Of a stretch of DNA of 64,000 bases, positions 51,242 to 63,855 are shown in pieces. The position numbers and the translations under genes are program-made. Below the pieces are notes generated by a model that was given only the letters and a program-made list of their open reading frames with translations, ran no database searches and was not told the origin of the DNA. Source of the stretch: Eledone cirrhosa (Eukaryota); NCBI GenBank assembly GCA_964016885.1, contig OZ024742.1, forward strand, positions 203,174,001 to 203,238,000, written 5' to 3'. Numbering within the stretch: position 1 is the stretch's first letter; every line of letters starts with the position of its first letter.

Positions 51242-51896
51242 TTATTAAAATAACAGATTAAAGTTTAAGCAAAGAATCGCTGCTTTCACCCTTAACGGGA
51301 TCTTCTGAAACTAACAATGTCAATCTGTAAACGCAGAACTGGATATTTCAAAAAACGTTGCAACCGGAGGAAGACAGGAAGACGATACTTTGGTTCGTGG
51401 AAACGTTCGCTGGCAAAGAACGGGAAAAAACGAATAATGCGTGCTATTGTTCTCCACGGTCCACATATGACTTATTATCTTCGTTTTTTCGTTCATTGCC
51501 AGAGAACGTCTCTATGCACCACCTAAGAGAACATTAGTCTACGACCTCTTTTATACCATAAACGTGGTTCTGTCTTTGCGCGTAATTGTTTTTCACCGCT
51601 CCTATTAATGACGTATTATTCGTTTTTTCTCGTTCTTTGCCAGCGAACGTTTCCACGAACCAAAGTATCGTCTTCCTGTCTTCCTCCGGTTGCAACGTTT
51701 TTTGAAATATCCAGTTCTGCGTTTACAGATTGACTTTGTTAGTTTCAGAAGATCCCGTTAAGGGTGAAACAACGATTCTTTGCTTAAACTTTAATCTGTT
51801 ATTTTAATAAATATTTGCTCTACGGTTCTTATATATTTGATATATATTTTCCTTATCGAGCCCTCTTTGGATTTTAGTCTTCAATTTTATTATGAT

Positions 51897-51899
<3 letters not shown>
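51237..51899. mobile_element. Fold-back cassette F11; hammerheads at 51262-51312 (-) and 51741-51790 (+)
   Basis: agttt cagaaga t-ccc-gttaa-ggg-t gaaa gca-gcgattctt-tgc tt aaact; ~205-bp arms 51237-51442 and 51611-51813. Confidence 0.75.
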
Positions 51900-51946
<47 letters not shown>

Positions 51947-51949
51947 TTG

Positions 51950-51983
<34 letters not shown>

Positions 51984-53641
51984 AACACATACACGCACAA
52001 ACACGCCATAAAACCCCAATCACTAAGGTTTATTTTTGTTTTTTTAGCCTAAATCAGGGCGATAAATTACGTCTATATAAAATGGTGTTGAGAAAAGTAA
52101 ATAAAATGACGTTTCTGACCTCGGCTCTTTGTCAAGATAGATATATATAAGTATGACTGAAAGAATAATTTCAATGAATTATTCAGCAATGAGGGAATCT
52201 CAAAGCCCAGCATTCTGTACGATGGTGGGTTTGTGGTAGTAAAGAACTAATATTGGATAAGGAAAATAAGCATAGTTAATATGTGAGTGTGCTACTCTTA
52301 CTGTTGATATTGATGATGATGCTGTGCCTGCTACTGCTGTTGTGTAGCTCCTGTTAACGCCCATAACGAGCCGACCTATAATCAAAGATGTCACAAGCTG
52401 TGGTTTATTTAAGCTAGCATGTAACTAGAACTATATAAATGTGAACACATAGGTCATTCTTGCTCATATCTTTATGTCAATAAAATATGTGTTAAATAGC
52501 GGGATTTTCCTGTTGCTTCTAGAAAGTCGACCGTTTCATGGACGATGCCATCTTGCTTTCTGATATTACCATAATGACAATTGTGATTGTGATGGCCTTT
52601 GGTCATAATTGTGGTGGTGATGTCGGAGTTAATGTTAGTGCTGGGGAAGATGGTGCGGGAGATGGTAGTGACGATGATGATAGAGGTGATGATATTGATG
52701 ATGGTATTAATGATGGTGGTGATGATGATGATGATGGGGGAGGGGGTGATGGTTATGATTTAGTTGATGCTGCTGCTGATTATGATGGTGTTGATGACGA
52801 CGTCAGCGATAATATTGATTTGCAATTTGCGATCGTAATGTCATGTGTTTGGTTCCTGTACCGGTTGGAGCGTTATGTTCTTGATTTCATATTGCTCCTG
52901 TTTACTCGGATGAAAATTAGTACCACAATCAACTGGGGTTAAACGTGGGTAGACTGGTGTCCTGTTCAAGGAGGAACCGTCTCTCTTCAGTTGCTTAACG
53001 CTAAAGTAACCGGGATAAGTTCCACTCAAATGTATCTTTCTTTATGAGAGTGCAGGCATGGGTGAATAGTTAAGGTCTTCGCTTTATAAATATTAGGTGT
53101 TAATTACAATCCCAGTGGGTGGCTTCTTGCGCAAGTATCATTTACCATAGCCTCGGTTCTATCCTTGCCTTGTCAATGAAATTAAATAGATGGCATCTGT
53201 TTAAAAGCCTATCAGATGTACTGTAACTTAACTAAATCGATTTTATCACAGATTATATCACAGGGGATCTTCCTGGGATTTATGTTAAGAAGTACACGAG
53301 TCTATTCTTAAATTCTTACACTTTAATAGACGTAGGTCTGTACCACAGTTTTGTCACACTGTGTAACGGTAAATCTGCTTCCTGAGAACTACACCGAAAC
53401 TAACGGAAGTCCATCCCATTCCATTTATATTTCCGTTTCAAAAAAAAAAAAACATCACCACTGCTAATACCACCACCATCGATTCGACGCGTTACAATGA
53501 ATTAAATATTGAGACCTGTAATATACCTCTAAAAAAAACAAAGAAAAACAAACAGACACCCCCCCTACAAAAAAACAAAAGAAAGAGAGCGTTTCTATAC
53601 ATATCATTTCAGTAAATGTTTATAAACATCAACATAATAAT

Positions 53642-54180
53642 TCTTTTTACGTTAGGCACAAGGCCAGCAATTACCCACTGTATTACTGGTACTTTATTTT
53701 ATAGACTCCGTAAGGATGAGAGGCAAAGTTAACCTCGGCGGGATTTGAACTCAGAATGGCAAGCGTCAACATAATAATGGTTTCTGATTTAGGCACAAGG
53801 CCAGTAATTTGACGGGGAGGAGGGGAAAGTCGATTAAATCGACCTGAGTGCGTGACTGATTTTATTTTATCGACCCCGTAAGGATGAATGGCAAAGTTAA
53901 CCTCGGCGGGATTTGCACGCAGATCATAAAGGGCCATAACTCTATGCTGCAAAGCATGGCGTCTGACCCTCCACCGATATTACTAATCCACCGCCCTTCA
54001 ACATAATAATGATTCCGAATATAGACCCAAGGCCAGCAATTCTGCTAGGAGAAATATGTTGACTATGTCGACTGCAGTAATTGATTGTTCCTTTATTTTA
54101 TCAACTTTGGAAGGAGTAAAATAGAAAGTTGACCATGATCGGATTTGAATTCAAATCGTAAAGAGTCTTAACAAATCCCA
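53642..54180 (-). mobile_element. Stack of three S1 SINEs (53642-53765, 53779-53997, 54011-54180)
   Basis: The same 13-mer tcaacataataat occurs at 53629, 53766 and 53998. Confidence 0.85.
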
Positions 54181-54189
54181 CAGAGAAGT

Positions 54190-54273
54190 TTTCATCCTTA
54201 CGGGGTCGATAAAATAAAGTACCAGTAATGTACTGGATAATTGTTGGCCTTGTGCCAAAAGTAGAAACAATTA
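54190..54273 (+). mobile_element. SINE S1 3' fragment
   Basis: ttcatccttacggggtcgat...gtagaaacaatta. Confidence 0.85.
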
Positions 54274-54814
54274 TCGATTATACCAACGCGCCGCCATATT
54301 TAAGAAATACAATGAAAGTTGTGCTGTTGGTCCTGCACCGTTTCCGATAAATAGAGTTCCAGTTTCTCCATCAGTGGAATAGCCTGTTCATGAAATTAAC
54401 CTCCAAGTGGCTGAACATTCCACAAACAGGTGTACCCTTAACGCGGTTCCCCGATAATTACAGGTACAACTCATTTTTCCCGGTGAGTGGACCGTACTGT
54501 TTAGCTTAAGGACACAACACTAACACACAACCGAGGAATCAAACTCATGACCTTACAAACATGAGATGATCATCGTTACCTTTAAGCCCCACATATTCAC
54601 AAATGTTATAATAACAAACATAGAAATATATATTATATTAATCGTTTGTTATTAAATATTCATATAGATTCATTTATACACAGTTTGTTTGTTGGTTTGT
54701 TGGCTATGCTGTTATATATATTATTCTGCGCTTTTTTAAAGCTCTTTCATGATGTTTTGCGTTGTGTTTCTGCATGTTTCTAGGATTTCATGCATTTGTG
54801 TTTGTGTTTGTCTG

Positions 54815-54900
<86 letters not shown>

Positions 54901-55021
54901 AGTATGTGTGTAAGTGTTTTATGTAATATACATGTATCTCTATCATGCACATAAAGCATATTTGCAAGTCCGTTTCGATTTTATACACATACGCACACAC
55001 AACACACATATGCATATGTAC

Positions 55022-55072
<51 letters not shown>

Positions 55073-55315
55073 GTGTGTATGTGTGTGTATGTGCTTTTGT
55101 GTGTCAGTGTTTGTGTGTGTATACATGCATCCATACATCCATACATACATACAATCATACTTAGACCACACATATACACACAAAATACATTAGGTTTTGA
55201 AATCCTATTTCCTTAAAAGCTTTGGGAACGAAAATTTGGCTCCATTGAAAACCCTTTTTTTCCTCTTTATTGAAATTCATGAAAGTTAATGCCAGAAGTC
55301 GGTTAATACTTAGCC

Positions 55316-55387
<72 letters not shown>

Positions 55388-55388
<1 letters not shown>

Positions 55389-55893
55389 TTACCACATTCT
55401 GAGAAGTGGTATGAGCATAAGCCAGAATCGGTGATAGAAAACGATCAGGTGAAGGTACTGTGGGATTTTAGGATACAGACGGACAAGAAACTGGAACACA
55501 ATAGACCTGACCTGGTGGTTGTGGACAAAGAAAAAAGATCGTGCCTGATTGTGGATGTGGCCTGCCCATTCGACACGAGAGTGCAAGAGAAGGAGAGGGA
55601 GAAAATTAACCGATACCAGGACTTAAAGTGGGAGTTAAAAAGGATTTGTAACTGCCATGAAGTCAAAGTGGTCCCGATTGTCATAGGTGCACTAGGTACT
55701 ATCTCAAAAAGTTTCCAGGGATGGTTAAAGAAAATCGGCCCCTTCACGCTCTTTGGAACGCTTCAAAAGGCATGCTTGCTGGGAACAGCAAGAACCCTCC
55801 GATACGTCCTGAATATTTGAGGCTGCAGGTAGTGGCTTGATATTCATTTCAACAAACTTTCCAGTTAACTAACATCAATGACTGAGACTCAAA

Positions 55894-55894
<1 letters not shown>
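55388..55894 (+). mobile_element. 5'-truncated copy of the R4/Dong LINE (RLE domain and 3'UTR) inside (AAT)n
   Basis: Close match to 60765-61270; AAT arrays on both sides. Confidence 0.95.
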
Positions 55895-55924
<30 letters not shown>

Positions 55925-55925
<1 letters not shown>

Positions 55926-56072
55926 TTTTCTTTATTAACCACAAGGGTTCACATAAAGTAGACATTAAGGACAGTACAGGACAATACAGGACGGTACAAA
56001 TGGGCATTTCTGCGTGTAAAAAAAAACAGAGGTTGAAATAAAATAACAAAGAAAAATTCCCCAATAGGGGGG
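55925..56072 (-). mobile_element. 5'-truncated 3'UTR copy of the Tx1-like LINE
   Basis: Matches 61521-61671. Confidence 0.9.
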
Positions 56073-56082
56073 AGATAATAAT

Positions 56083-56567
56083 AATAGACCGAAAAATAGA
56101 TGCAAATAGACCTGATATAATACTGAAGGACTTTAAAAAGAGGGTATGCCTGCTAATTGATATGTCTGTTCCAATAGACAAGAATGTATCTATAAAAACA
56201 TTTGAAAAATTGAGCAAGTATAAGGACCTGGAGATAGAAATTGGAAAAATGTGGAAATTGAGAACTAAAACAATACCAGTGGTTGTAGGCGCTCTAGGAA
56301 TGATACCTAAGGGGTCTAATGATTACTTATCGCAAATCCCAGGAAGCCCGCGTATAGGAGAAATACAAAAGATAGTACTAATGGGAACTGCCCATATACT
56401 AAGGAAGATTCTGTCAATATAAGTACATCACAATTCTAAACACCTAAAGATGCATGTGTGAGTATGTATGTTCTTTCTTGAACATGGCGGACCTTGTTGT
56501 CTCTTGAGGTCACTGGTTGTGACTTGGTGATAACTCGTATGAACATAAAGCAAGATAAATGCAACTG
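56083..56567 (+). mobile_element. 3' fragment of a second, divergent R4-clade LINE
   Basis: NRPDIILKDFKKRVCLLIDMSVP...EKLSKYKDL...IPVVVGALG...GTAHILRKILSI (RLE); (TAA)n tail. Confidence 0.9.
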
Positions 56568-56642
56568 TAATAATAATAATAATAAAAATAATAATGATAT
56601 TAATGATTTCTTTATTGGCCACAAGTCGGTTAATACATAGCC

Positions 56643-56735
<93 letters not shown>

Positions 56736-57679
56736 GGGAAGAAGACGCACGAGGTGACGGAGGTCATGAAATCGCTCCCGTAAGTTTTGAATTTTTAACA
56801 TATTTAAACCATTTGTGAAATAATAACTCTTAGTACAAATGCTACGTAAAGCACCCGGCTTGAGCCCCGAAAAATTCGGACCCAAAATATATTGTTATAA
56901 GGCTCAAATATTCAAATATTCAACTTTGTATTGTACACTGTATATCCAAAAAAAAAAATGGCTATAAATGGAAGAAGAACCCCTCCCCTCCTCTCCTCTG
57001 GCTACACTATATAGGACAGCTAAACTCACCAACACCAGAAACTAGATACACCACCCACCCCATCATCTGTGTACACTAAACACAACAGCCAGATAACGAC
57101 ACATTTTCACCTTCACCGCCACCGCTCACTACGGCCATCATTACCACCACTATCCCATCACCGCCGCCACCACCCCTTGCCTCCGCTACAGCACCATCAC
57201 TACAGTAATACGGTCACATCACCGCCACCACTGCCTCGGTATCGACATCACCACCACCATTGTCTCAGTATCGCTAACGCCGCCAGTCTCCCACTTCCCC
57301 CTGCTGGCTGCTACTTCCACATTATAGAATTCCTACTACTAACAAAGAGGAAGGCATCAAAATATATAGATAGACCCAAAAGAAAAAAGAAAAAACAAAC
57401 AACAAAACCAAAGCAGCACAGCAACAACAGCAAAAAACGAGAAAAACAAACAGAGAATAACAAAAACAAAAAAAAGAAACCCCCAAAACGTAAAGAAAAT
57501 AAGAATGAAGAGAGAAGCAGGCGGACGGACAGAGAAGAGGGGGGAAAAAGTAAAACTTAAAACACTAAAACTAAGTCAGACATTCGAACACTACATTACA
57601 ATGAAACTTATGCTTATTCATTTTTGGGGCCCTTTCTGCCTGTGTGTTTGTTTGTTTATGTGTGTTCGTATACAGCGTG

Positions 57680-60600
57680 GTGATGGTGCCACACAAGGGC
57701 CAAGTGGGATGGCGGATCCACAGATGGCTATGTAAACATACATTCGCCAATCCTCGATAAGAGTGTTTAAATATCGAACATAAACAGTTCGAATAACGGT
57801 GAAATGCAGACTAGAACGTCATGTGACAGACTCTCACCCAACAGGTGCCCCCTGGCTCAGCAGCAGGAACCTGACTGTCAACCAAATACTGCTGATGTTG
57901 GAGGAAGGAGAAGAAGGAAAGGAGCCAGAACCAACTGGACGAAAGAATTGAATAGAACTGTTATGCAATGCTAGCTGAAAAGTAACCCCAAGGAGAGGGG
58001 CTACAGGAGACGGATGCATAACATCTGGAACGAGATTGGTTTATTTAAATTAGATGAACAAAAATTGGCCGGGCAGGCTCGGGTAATAAGAACTAACGGG
58101 TGGATAAGCGAGCTGGAACTGGAGGAACTGAGCAGAGAGAATGGCTTGGAGATGGCGGGTGTGGTATGCCAGACAAGCGAGCCGGTGGGAAATGAAGGTG
58201 AGGAGTTCCTGAGAACGGAGGAACCACCCGAAGCAGACAATGATCTGAGTACTGAGATAAATAATACCTGGAACAGAGATACGGCCACTGAGGAGATGAA
58301 TGCTGACGGGCTAGGACAAGATTCGGTTGACATCCTAAATTTAGTGGTAGATGAATTGAACAATGATAGTGGGAGACCTATGAACCTAAGATTTGTAGAC
58401 AGGAAAAAGTTAAAAGAAACAACAGCTAAGGTAAACAAAGTCATCCCATACCTTGAGGCGAGGAGCCTTCACCAGTGCAACAATATCCTCAGAGCAACAG
58501 CAAATACGGTGAGGAAACTACTTGGTATAAAAGCGAGAGGAAACAACAGACAAGAAAGAGCAGAGCCGTGGTGGAAGAAGCGACTGAGTGGGCAAATCGG
58601 GGAAATGAGAAATGACATAGGAAAGCTTGAGTCACTGCTGAATGGGACACTAAAAAACATAGGCACTAAAAATAGACTGGAAATAAAATACAAAACTAGG
58701 AGTAAAAAGCTAAATATTATCATAGAGGAATTGAAGCAACGCATTGTAGCAAAGAGTGCAAAAATCAGGCGATACGAGAACAGAGTCAGTCAGTATAAAC
58801 AGAACCGCATGTTCGACAACAACCAGAAGATGCTGTTTGGACAGCTTGAGGGCAAAGAAAGAGGCAACGACTTGATCCCTGGGGCGGAGCAAACTAAAAC
58901 ATTCTGGAGAGGAATATGGGAGCAGGATGTTAGACACAATGCCCAGGCAGGGTGGATTGAGACAGTACAGAGGGAGATCGGTGAGCAGGCACAGCAACAG
59001 ACTGATTTGAGTATCACAGTTGAAACTCTTAAGGGGCAAGCCAAAAAACTAACCAACTGGAAATCACCAGGCCCAGATGGTGTGCAGGGGTATTGGATTA
59101 AACATCTAACATCTCTCCACCCGAAGCTGACGGCCATGTTCAATGACTGCTTGGTGTCGGGTGAGGTGCCAGAGTGGTTGACAAAAGGTACCACAGTTCT
59201 GATAATGAAAGACCGAATCAAGGGTAATGATGCTGCGAACTATAGACCTATCACATGTCTGCCCGTAATGTGGAAACTGTTGACGAGCATTGTGTCTGAG
59301 GAAATCTACCATCACCTCCACACAAACAACTTGTTACCGGACGAACAGAAAGGATGCCGAAAGAAGTCACGTGGTACAAAGGACCAGTTGCTTATTGATA
59401 AGATGGTAATGGGGAATTGCAGGAGGAGACACACTGATCTTGCCATGGGATGGATAGACTACAGAAAGGCATTTGACATGGTGCCTCATTCCTGGATCAC
59501 CAAAAGCCTGGAGATCTTCAGGGTGGCAGATAACATCAGACAGTTGCTAGGCAGGAGTATGGGGTCCTGGGAGACAGAGTTGACATCAACTGGAGTATCC
59601 TTGGGAAGCGTGAAGATCAAGAGAGGTATCTTCCAGGGAGATAGCCTGTCCCCTCTGTTGTTTGTCCTTGCCCTGATGCCCTTGACCATTATGCTGCGAA
59701 AAGTGAGAGCAGGATACAAGTTGGGAAGGGGAGAGCTTACCATCAATCACCTCCTCTTCATGGACGATCTTAAGCTCTTCGGGAAAAGTGAGAAGGAGTT
59801 GGATGTGCTTGTTGACACTGTCCGTATTTTCAGCAGTGATATATGTATGCAGTTTGGTATTGGTAAATGTGGAGTCATTGTGATGAAGAGGGGTAGGTTG
59901 AGCAGAAGTAACGGGATCCAGATACCAACAGGTGAGATGATAAAGGAAATTGACTCTGAGGAAGGATACAAGTATTTGGGCGTTCTGGAGGCTGATGGCA
60001 TAAAGAACAAAAAAATGAAGGAATTGTTAAGAACTGAATACATTCGGAGAGTAAGGAGCGTATTGAAGTCACATCTGAACAGCAGAAATGCCATAAGCGC
60101 AGTAAATTCCCGAGCTGTGTCTATTATTAGGTACAGTGCGGGAATTCTGAGATGGAATGTTGCTGAACAGAAAGAAATGGATAGGAAGACTAGGAAGCTA
60201 TTGACTATCTACAACATGTTCCACAAGAGGAGTGATGTCGATAGACTCTACCTAAGGAGATCTGAGGGTGGAAGAGGTCTTATCAGCATAGAGGACTGTG
60301 TTCAGATGGAGAAAAACAACCTATACAAATACGTGACCTATAGTAAGGAGCCAATGCTCAGAACTGTACTGAAGGAGGGGACAGTAGGCCAGGGGATGTC
60401 CAGGGAGGAAATAACATCAAGGAGGAAGAGCAGCCTTAAGGGAAAACCCCTTCATAGTACCTTCTTTGAGAAAACTGAATTTAGAGATCCACAGACATGG
60501 AACTGGTTGAGAAGAGGAGACCTCAAAAAGGCTACAGAAGGAATGCTAATGGCTGCGCAGGAGCAGGCCCTCAAAACGAAGTGGTTGAAGCACCATATCT

Positions 60601-61279
60601 ACAAGGAGGAGGCTAGCCCACTGTGCAGGATCTGTGGAGAGAGAGAGGAGACTGTGGCTCACATTGTGTCCGAGTGTAAACACATAGCCCAGACCCACTA
60701 TAAGGGCTGGAGACACGATGTGATGGGCAGGGTGATCCACTGGCACCTGTGCAAAGTAAACAATCTACCACATTCTGAGAAATGGTATGAGCATAGGCCA
60801 GAGGCGGTGATGGAGAACAATCAGGTGAAGGTGCTGTGGGATTTTAGGATACAGACGGACAAAAAACTGGAACACAATAGACCTGACCTGGTGGTTGTGG
60901 ACAAAGAAAAAAGATCGTGCCTGATTGTGGATGTGGCCTGCCCGTTCGACACGAGAGTGCAAGAGAAGGAGAGGGAGAAAATTAACCGATACCAGGACCT
61001 AAAGTGGGAGGTGAAAAGGATTTGGAACTGCCATGAAGTCAAAGTGATCCCGATTGTCATAGGCGCACTGGGGACTATCTCCAAAAGTTTCCAGGGATGG
61101 TTAAAGAAAATCGGCCCCTTCACGCTTTTTGGAACGCTTCAAAAGGCATGCTTGCTTAGAACAGCAAGAACCCTCCGATACGTCCTGAATATCTGAGGCT
61201 GCAGGTAGTGGCTTGATATTCATTCCAACGGACTTTCCAGTTAACTAACATCAATGACTGAGATTCAAGGAATAACAAC

Positions 61280-61313
<34 letters not shown>
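57680..61313 (+). mobile_element. Near full-length R4/Dong LINE with (AAT)n tail (5' boundary uncertain)
   Basis: ORF above, 3'UTR 61197-61270, AAT tail from 61271. Confidence 0.85.
57804..61196 (+). CDS. R4/Dong-clade non-LTR retrotransposon ORF (RT, CCHC finger, restriction-like endonuclease); in-frame TAG at 57972-57974, open from 58014
   Basis: WKSPGPDG, YRPITCL, WIDYRKAFD, GIFQGDSLSPLLF, LLFMDDLKL, YKYLG, CRICGEREETVAHIVSEC, RHD, RPDLVV...IVDVACP...EKINRYQDL; the upstream frame gives WTKELNRTVMQC*LKSNPKERGYRRRM. Confidence 0.93.
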
Positions 61314-61315
<2 letters not shown>

Positions 61316-61500
61316 TGTTTCTACTTTTGGCACAAGGCCAGCAATTACACAGTGTATTACTGGTACTTTATTTTATCGACCCCGTAAGGATGAAAGGCAC
61401 AGTTAACCTCGGCGGGATTTGAACTCACAATGGCAAGGGCCGTAACTCTATGCGTCAAAGCATGGTGTCCGATCCTCTACCGATACTGCCAATCCACCGC
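61314..61500 (-). mobile_element. Full-length SINE S1 inserted in the AAT tail of the R4 LINE
   Basis: Complete head, core and tail. Confidence 0.92.
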
Positions 61501-61520
61501 ATTATTATTATAATAATAAT

Positions 61521-63840
61521 GCTTTCTTTATTAACCTCAAGGGTTTACATAAAGTAGACATTAAGAACAGTACAGGACAAAACAGGACGGTACAAATGGG
61601 CATTTCTGCGTGTAAAAAAAACAAAAACAGGATGTAACAAAAATAACAATGAAAAATTCCCCAATAGGGGGAAGACTTCCGAGGGACATTTGTGGAGAAA
61701 GCCCATTAAAAGGCCACAGTGACCCTGACCACCAGCGCAAGTGCCCTCTCCCAGTTTTCCACCTTTAATTTACAGACATATACTCAGAGTAGGCCCATTC
61801 ACTCGGGCCATACTTGCTTCTCTCACCTATCTTTCAACAAAATGCTGGGAAGAGAGCACTTCCCTCTCTACCCTGATTTTCCTTTTCAAATGAAATTTGA
61901 AAAAGCTAATCAGGGCATCACTGAAGAGGTAAATGCACGTCTTCAGCCCTTTCAAACGTGTCCACCATACTATCTCTTTCGCCATGGCCACCAGACAGAT
62001 AAAAACTGCCTGCCCTTCCCGGCTAAAGGAAGAGGGCGGCGCAATCCTCACGATGGACTCAGCTGTTAGCCGGATTCGTCCTACACGCGACAGCAGGTGT
62101 TCGACATAAACCCACAAGTCAGCAATTCTCGGACACTGGACGAGTGCGTGCAGGACGGTTTCGTCGCCCTGCGCGCATCTCGGACATACCCGGCTGATGG
62201 CACCTCCATGCCTGCAGATTTATCCCGAACTGGAAAAGCTCCTCGGTAGCACTGCCAGGCCAGGGATTTCTGGAAGTTGTCCATAGGCCCCGGCCCGAAA
62301 GTCCTTCCGAAGAGATTGGCTAGTTGATTTTCGTCGACGCCTAGAGTTTCTCCAAGTACTTCGTCGCTTTTCCCCTCCACTAATCCTCTATAGAACGCCA
62401 AGATGGAGTTTCCACCGAGCACATTGCCCGATTGGTCGAGGGCTGTGAGCGCCTGAAGATATTCCAGTCTCCAAGCGCTCCCTCTCGGTCTTCGCTTGAC
62501 CCAGGACTGCAGCTCCGTCAAGGAGACGAGCTGGGGAAAGACGTGTCCAGCAAACGGCGACCACACCTGATCACCGTCGAGAAAGAGGTGGAGATGTCGT
62601 AGCCTGAGTGCGTGTCTGCGCATCATCAGCCATGGCATGCCCAGCCCTCCACGTAGCGGGTGTTGACAGGAGATGGACCGCCTGACCATCGGAGCGCGTC
62701 CCTTCCACAAAAAGCGAAAGAGCAAACGCTCCGGCGCAGTCAAGCGGGGCTTAGGACAAGGTACGACGGTCAGGCGGTAGTAGATGACGGACGCGATGTA
62801 CGCGTTAGCCACCTCCGCTCGACCTTTCAGGGATAGCTTCCTCTCCTCCCATTTCTGGGTGAGAGAAGCCACCCTGCTCGTCACCTCGTCCCAGTTTTTG
62901 TCCGTCTGGAGGTCCGGAGCGAACCAGACCTCTAGCAATTTAACAGGTCCGTCCGTCCACCGCCCGACGACGCTGTTGGACGACATGGGCGTGCCTCTCC
63001 AAGTGCCGAGCTGCAGGCTCACTGACATTTCCTGGTTGATCATTGCTCCTGTCACCGCTTCGTATTCTCTTAGTGTAGTGCCGATCGCCTCGATGTGTTT
63101 GGCGTTCGACACCACTACGGTGACATCGTCCGCATATGCTGACACGGATCTTCCGCATTCTAGTTCGCACGGGAACCCCCTCAACGTCTCCAGTTTGTGC
63201 AGTAATGGCTCGAGAGTCAATACGTACAAGAGGGACGAGAGGGGACATCCTTGGCGGACCGAGCGCATGATGTTGAACGGTTCCGAAAAGTGACCGTTCA
63301 CTCTCATCACAGAGCAGATGCCGCTGTGCATGGCAGCGATCCAGCCTCTGAAGACGGGCCCAAAGCCAGCCGCCCTCAGGACTGCCGCTAGGTAACGATG
63401 GTCGACCCTACCGAAAGCTTTCGACTGATCTAAATTGATCAAGGACCCACCCGTGCCAGGTTCCCTAGCTACCCTCTCTACGATGTATCGCATGAGGTGG
63501 AGGTTGTCGTGGATGGATCTGTCGGGAATGGCGCACGTCTAAGGCTCTCCCACCAGACCCCCAACGACAAGCGCCAACCTCTTTGCTAGCACCTTGGCCA
63601 AAATCTTGAACTCTGTGTTTAGCAGAGTTATGGCCCTGAAATTATCTATGTTATCCCCCTTGTTCGGATCCTTTCTCAGCAGCGCCACAGCTCCTCGGCT
63701 CACAGAGCTGGGAATTCTCCCGTTCTGTTGCCAGTTGCAGTAGACGTCCGCCAAGAGGCCTCCGAACAAGTCTGGCATCTGTGCGTAAAATTCATAGGGC
63801 AGACCATCCAAACCAGGCGTTTTACCCCTTGTGCAGCCAG
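61521..63840 (-). mobile_element. 5'-truncated Tx1/L1-clade LINE (ORF2 RT and zinc knuckle, disrupted) with (ATT)n tail
   Basis: KTPGLDGLPYEFY, NFRAITLLNTEFKILAK, LDQSKAF, VRQGCPLS, AYADDV, LSLKGRAEV, CPRCAQGDETVLHALVQC; stop at 63539-41 and frameshift near 62218; AATAAA near the 3' end. Confidence 0.9.
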
Positions 63841-63855
63841 TTATATATATATATA

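Noticed and set aside
52106-52138. Minus-strand ttgacaa...gaaa-cg-tc hammerhead-like core
   Set aside because: Stem I does not pair and helix II is poor; at best a decayed copy.
57620-57745. Possible HDV-like ribozyme in the R4 5'UTR (ggccctt/aagggcc pairing, gtgggat/atccac hairpin)
   Set aside because: I could not place P3/L3 or P1.1 in the required order; an Infernal or RNArobo HDV search would decide it.
58001-61123. Antisense ORFs over the R4 LINE, and the plus-strand ORF 62784-63293 over Tx1
   Set aside because: Shadow frames of retroelement coding sequence with no recognisable motifs.
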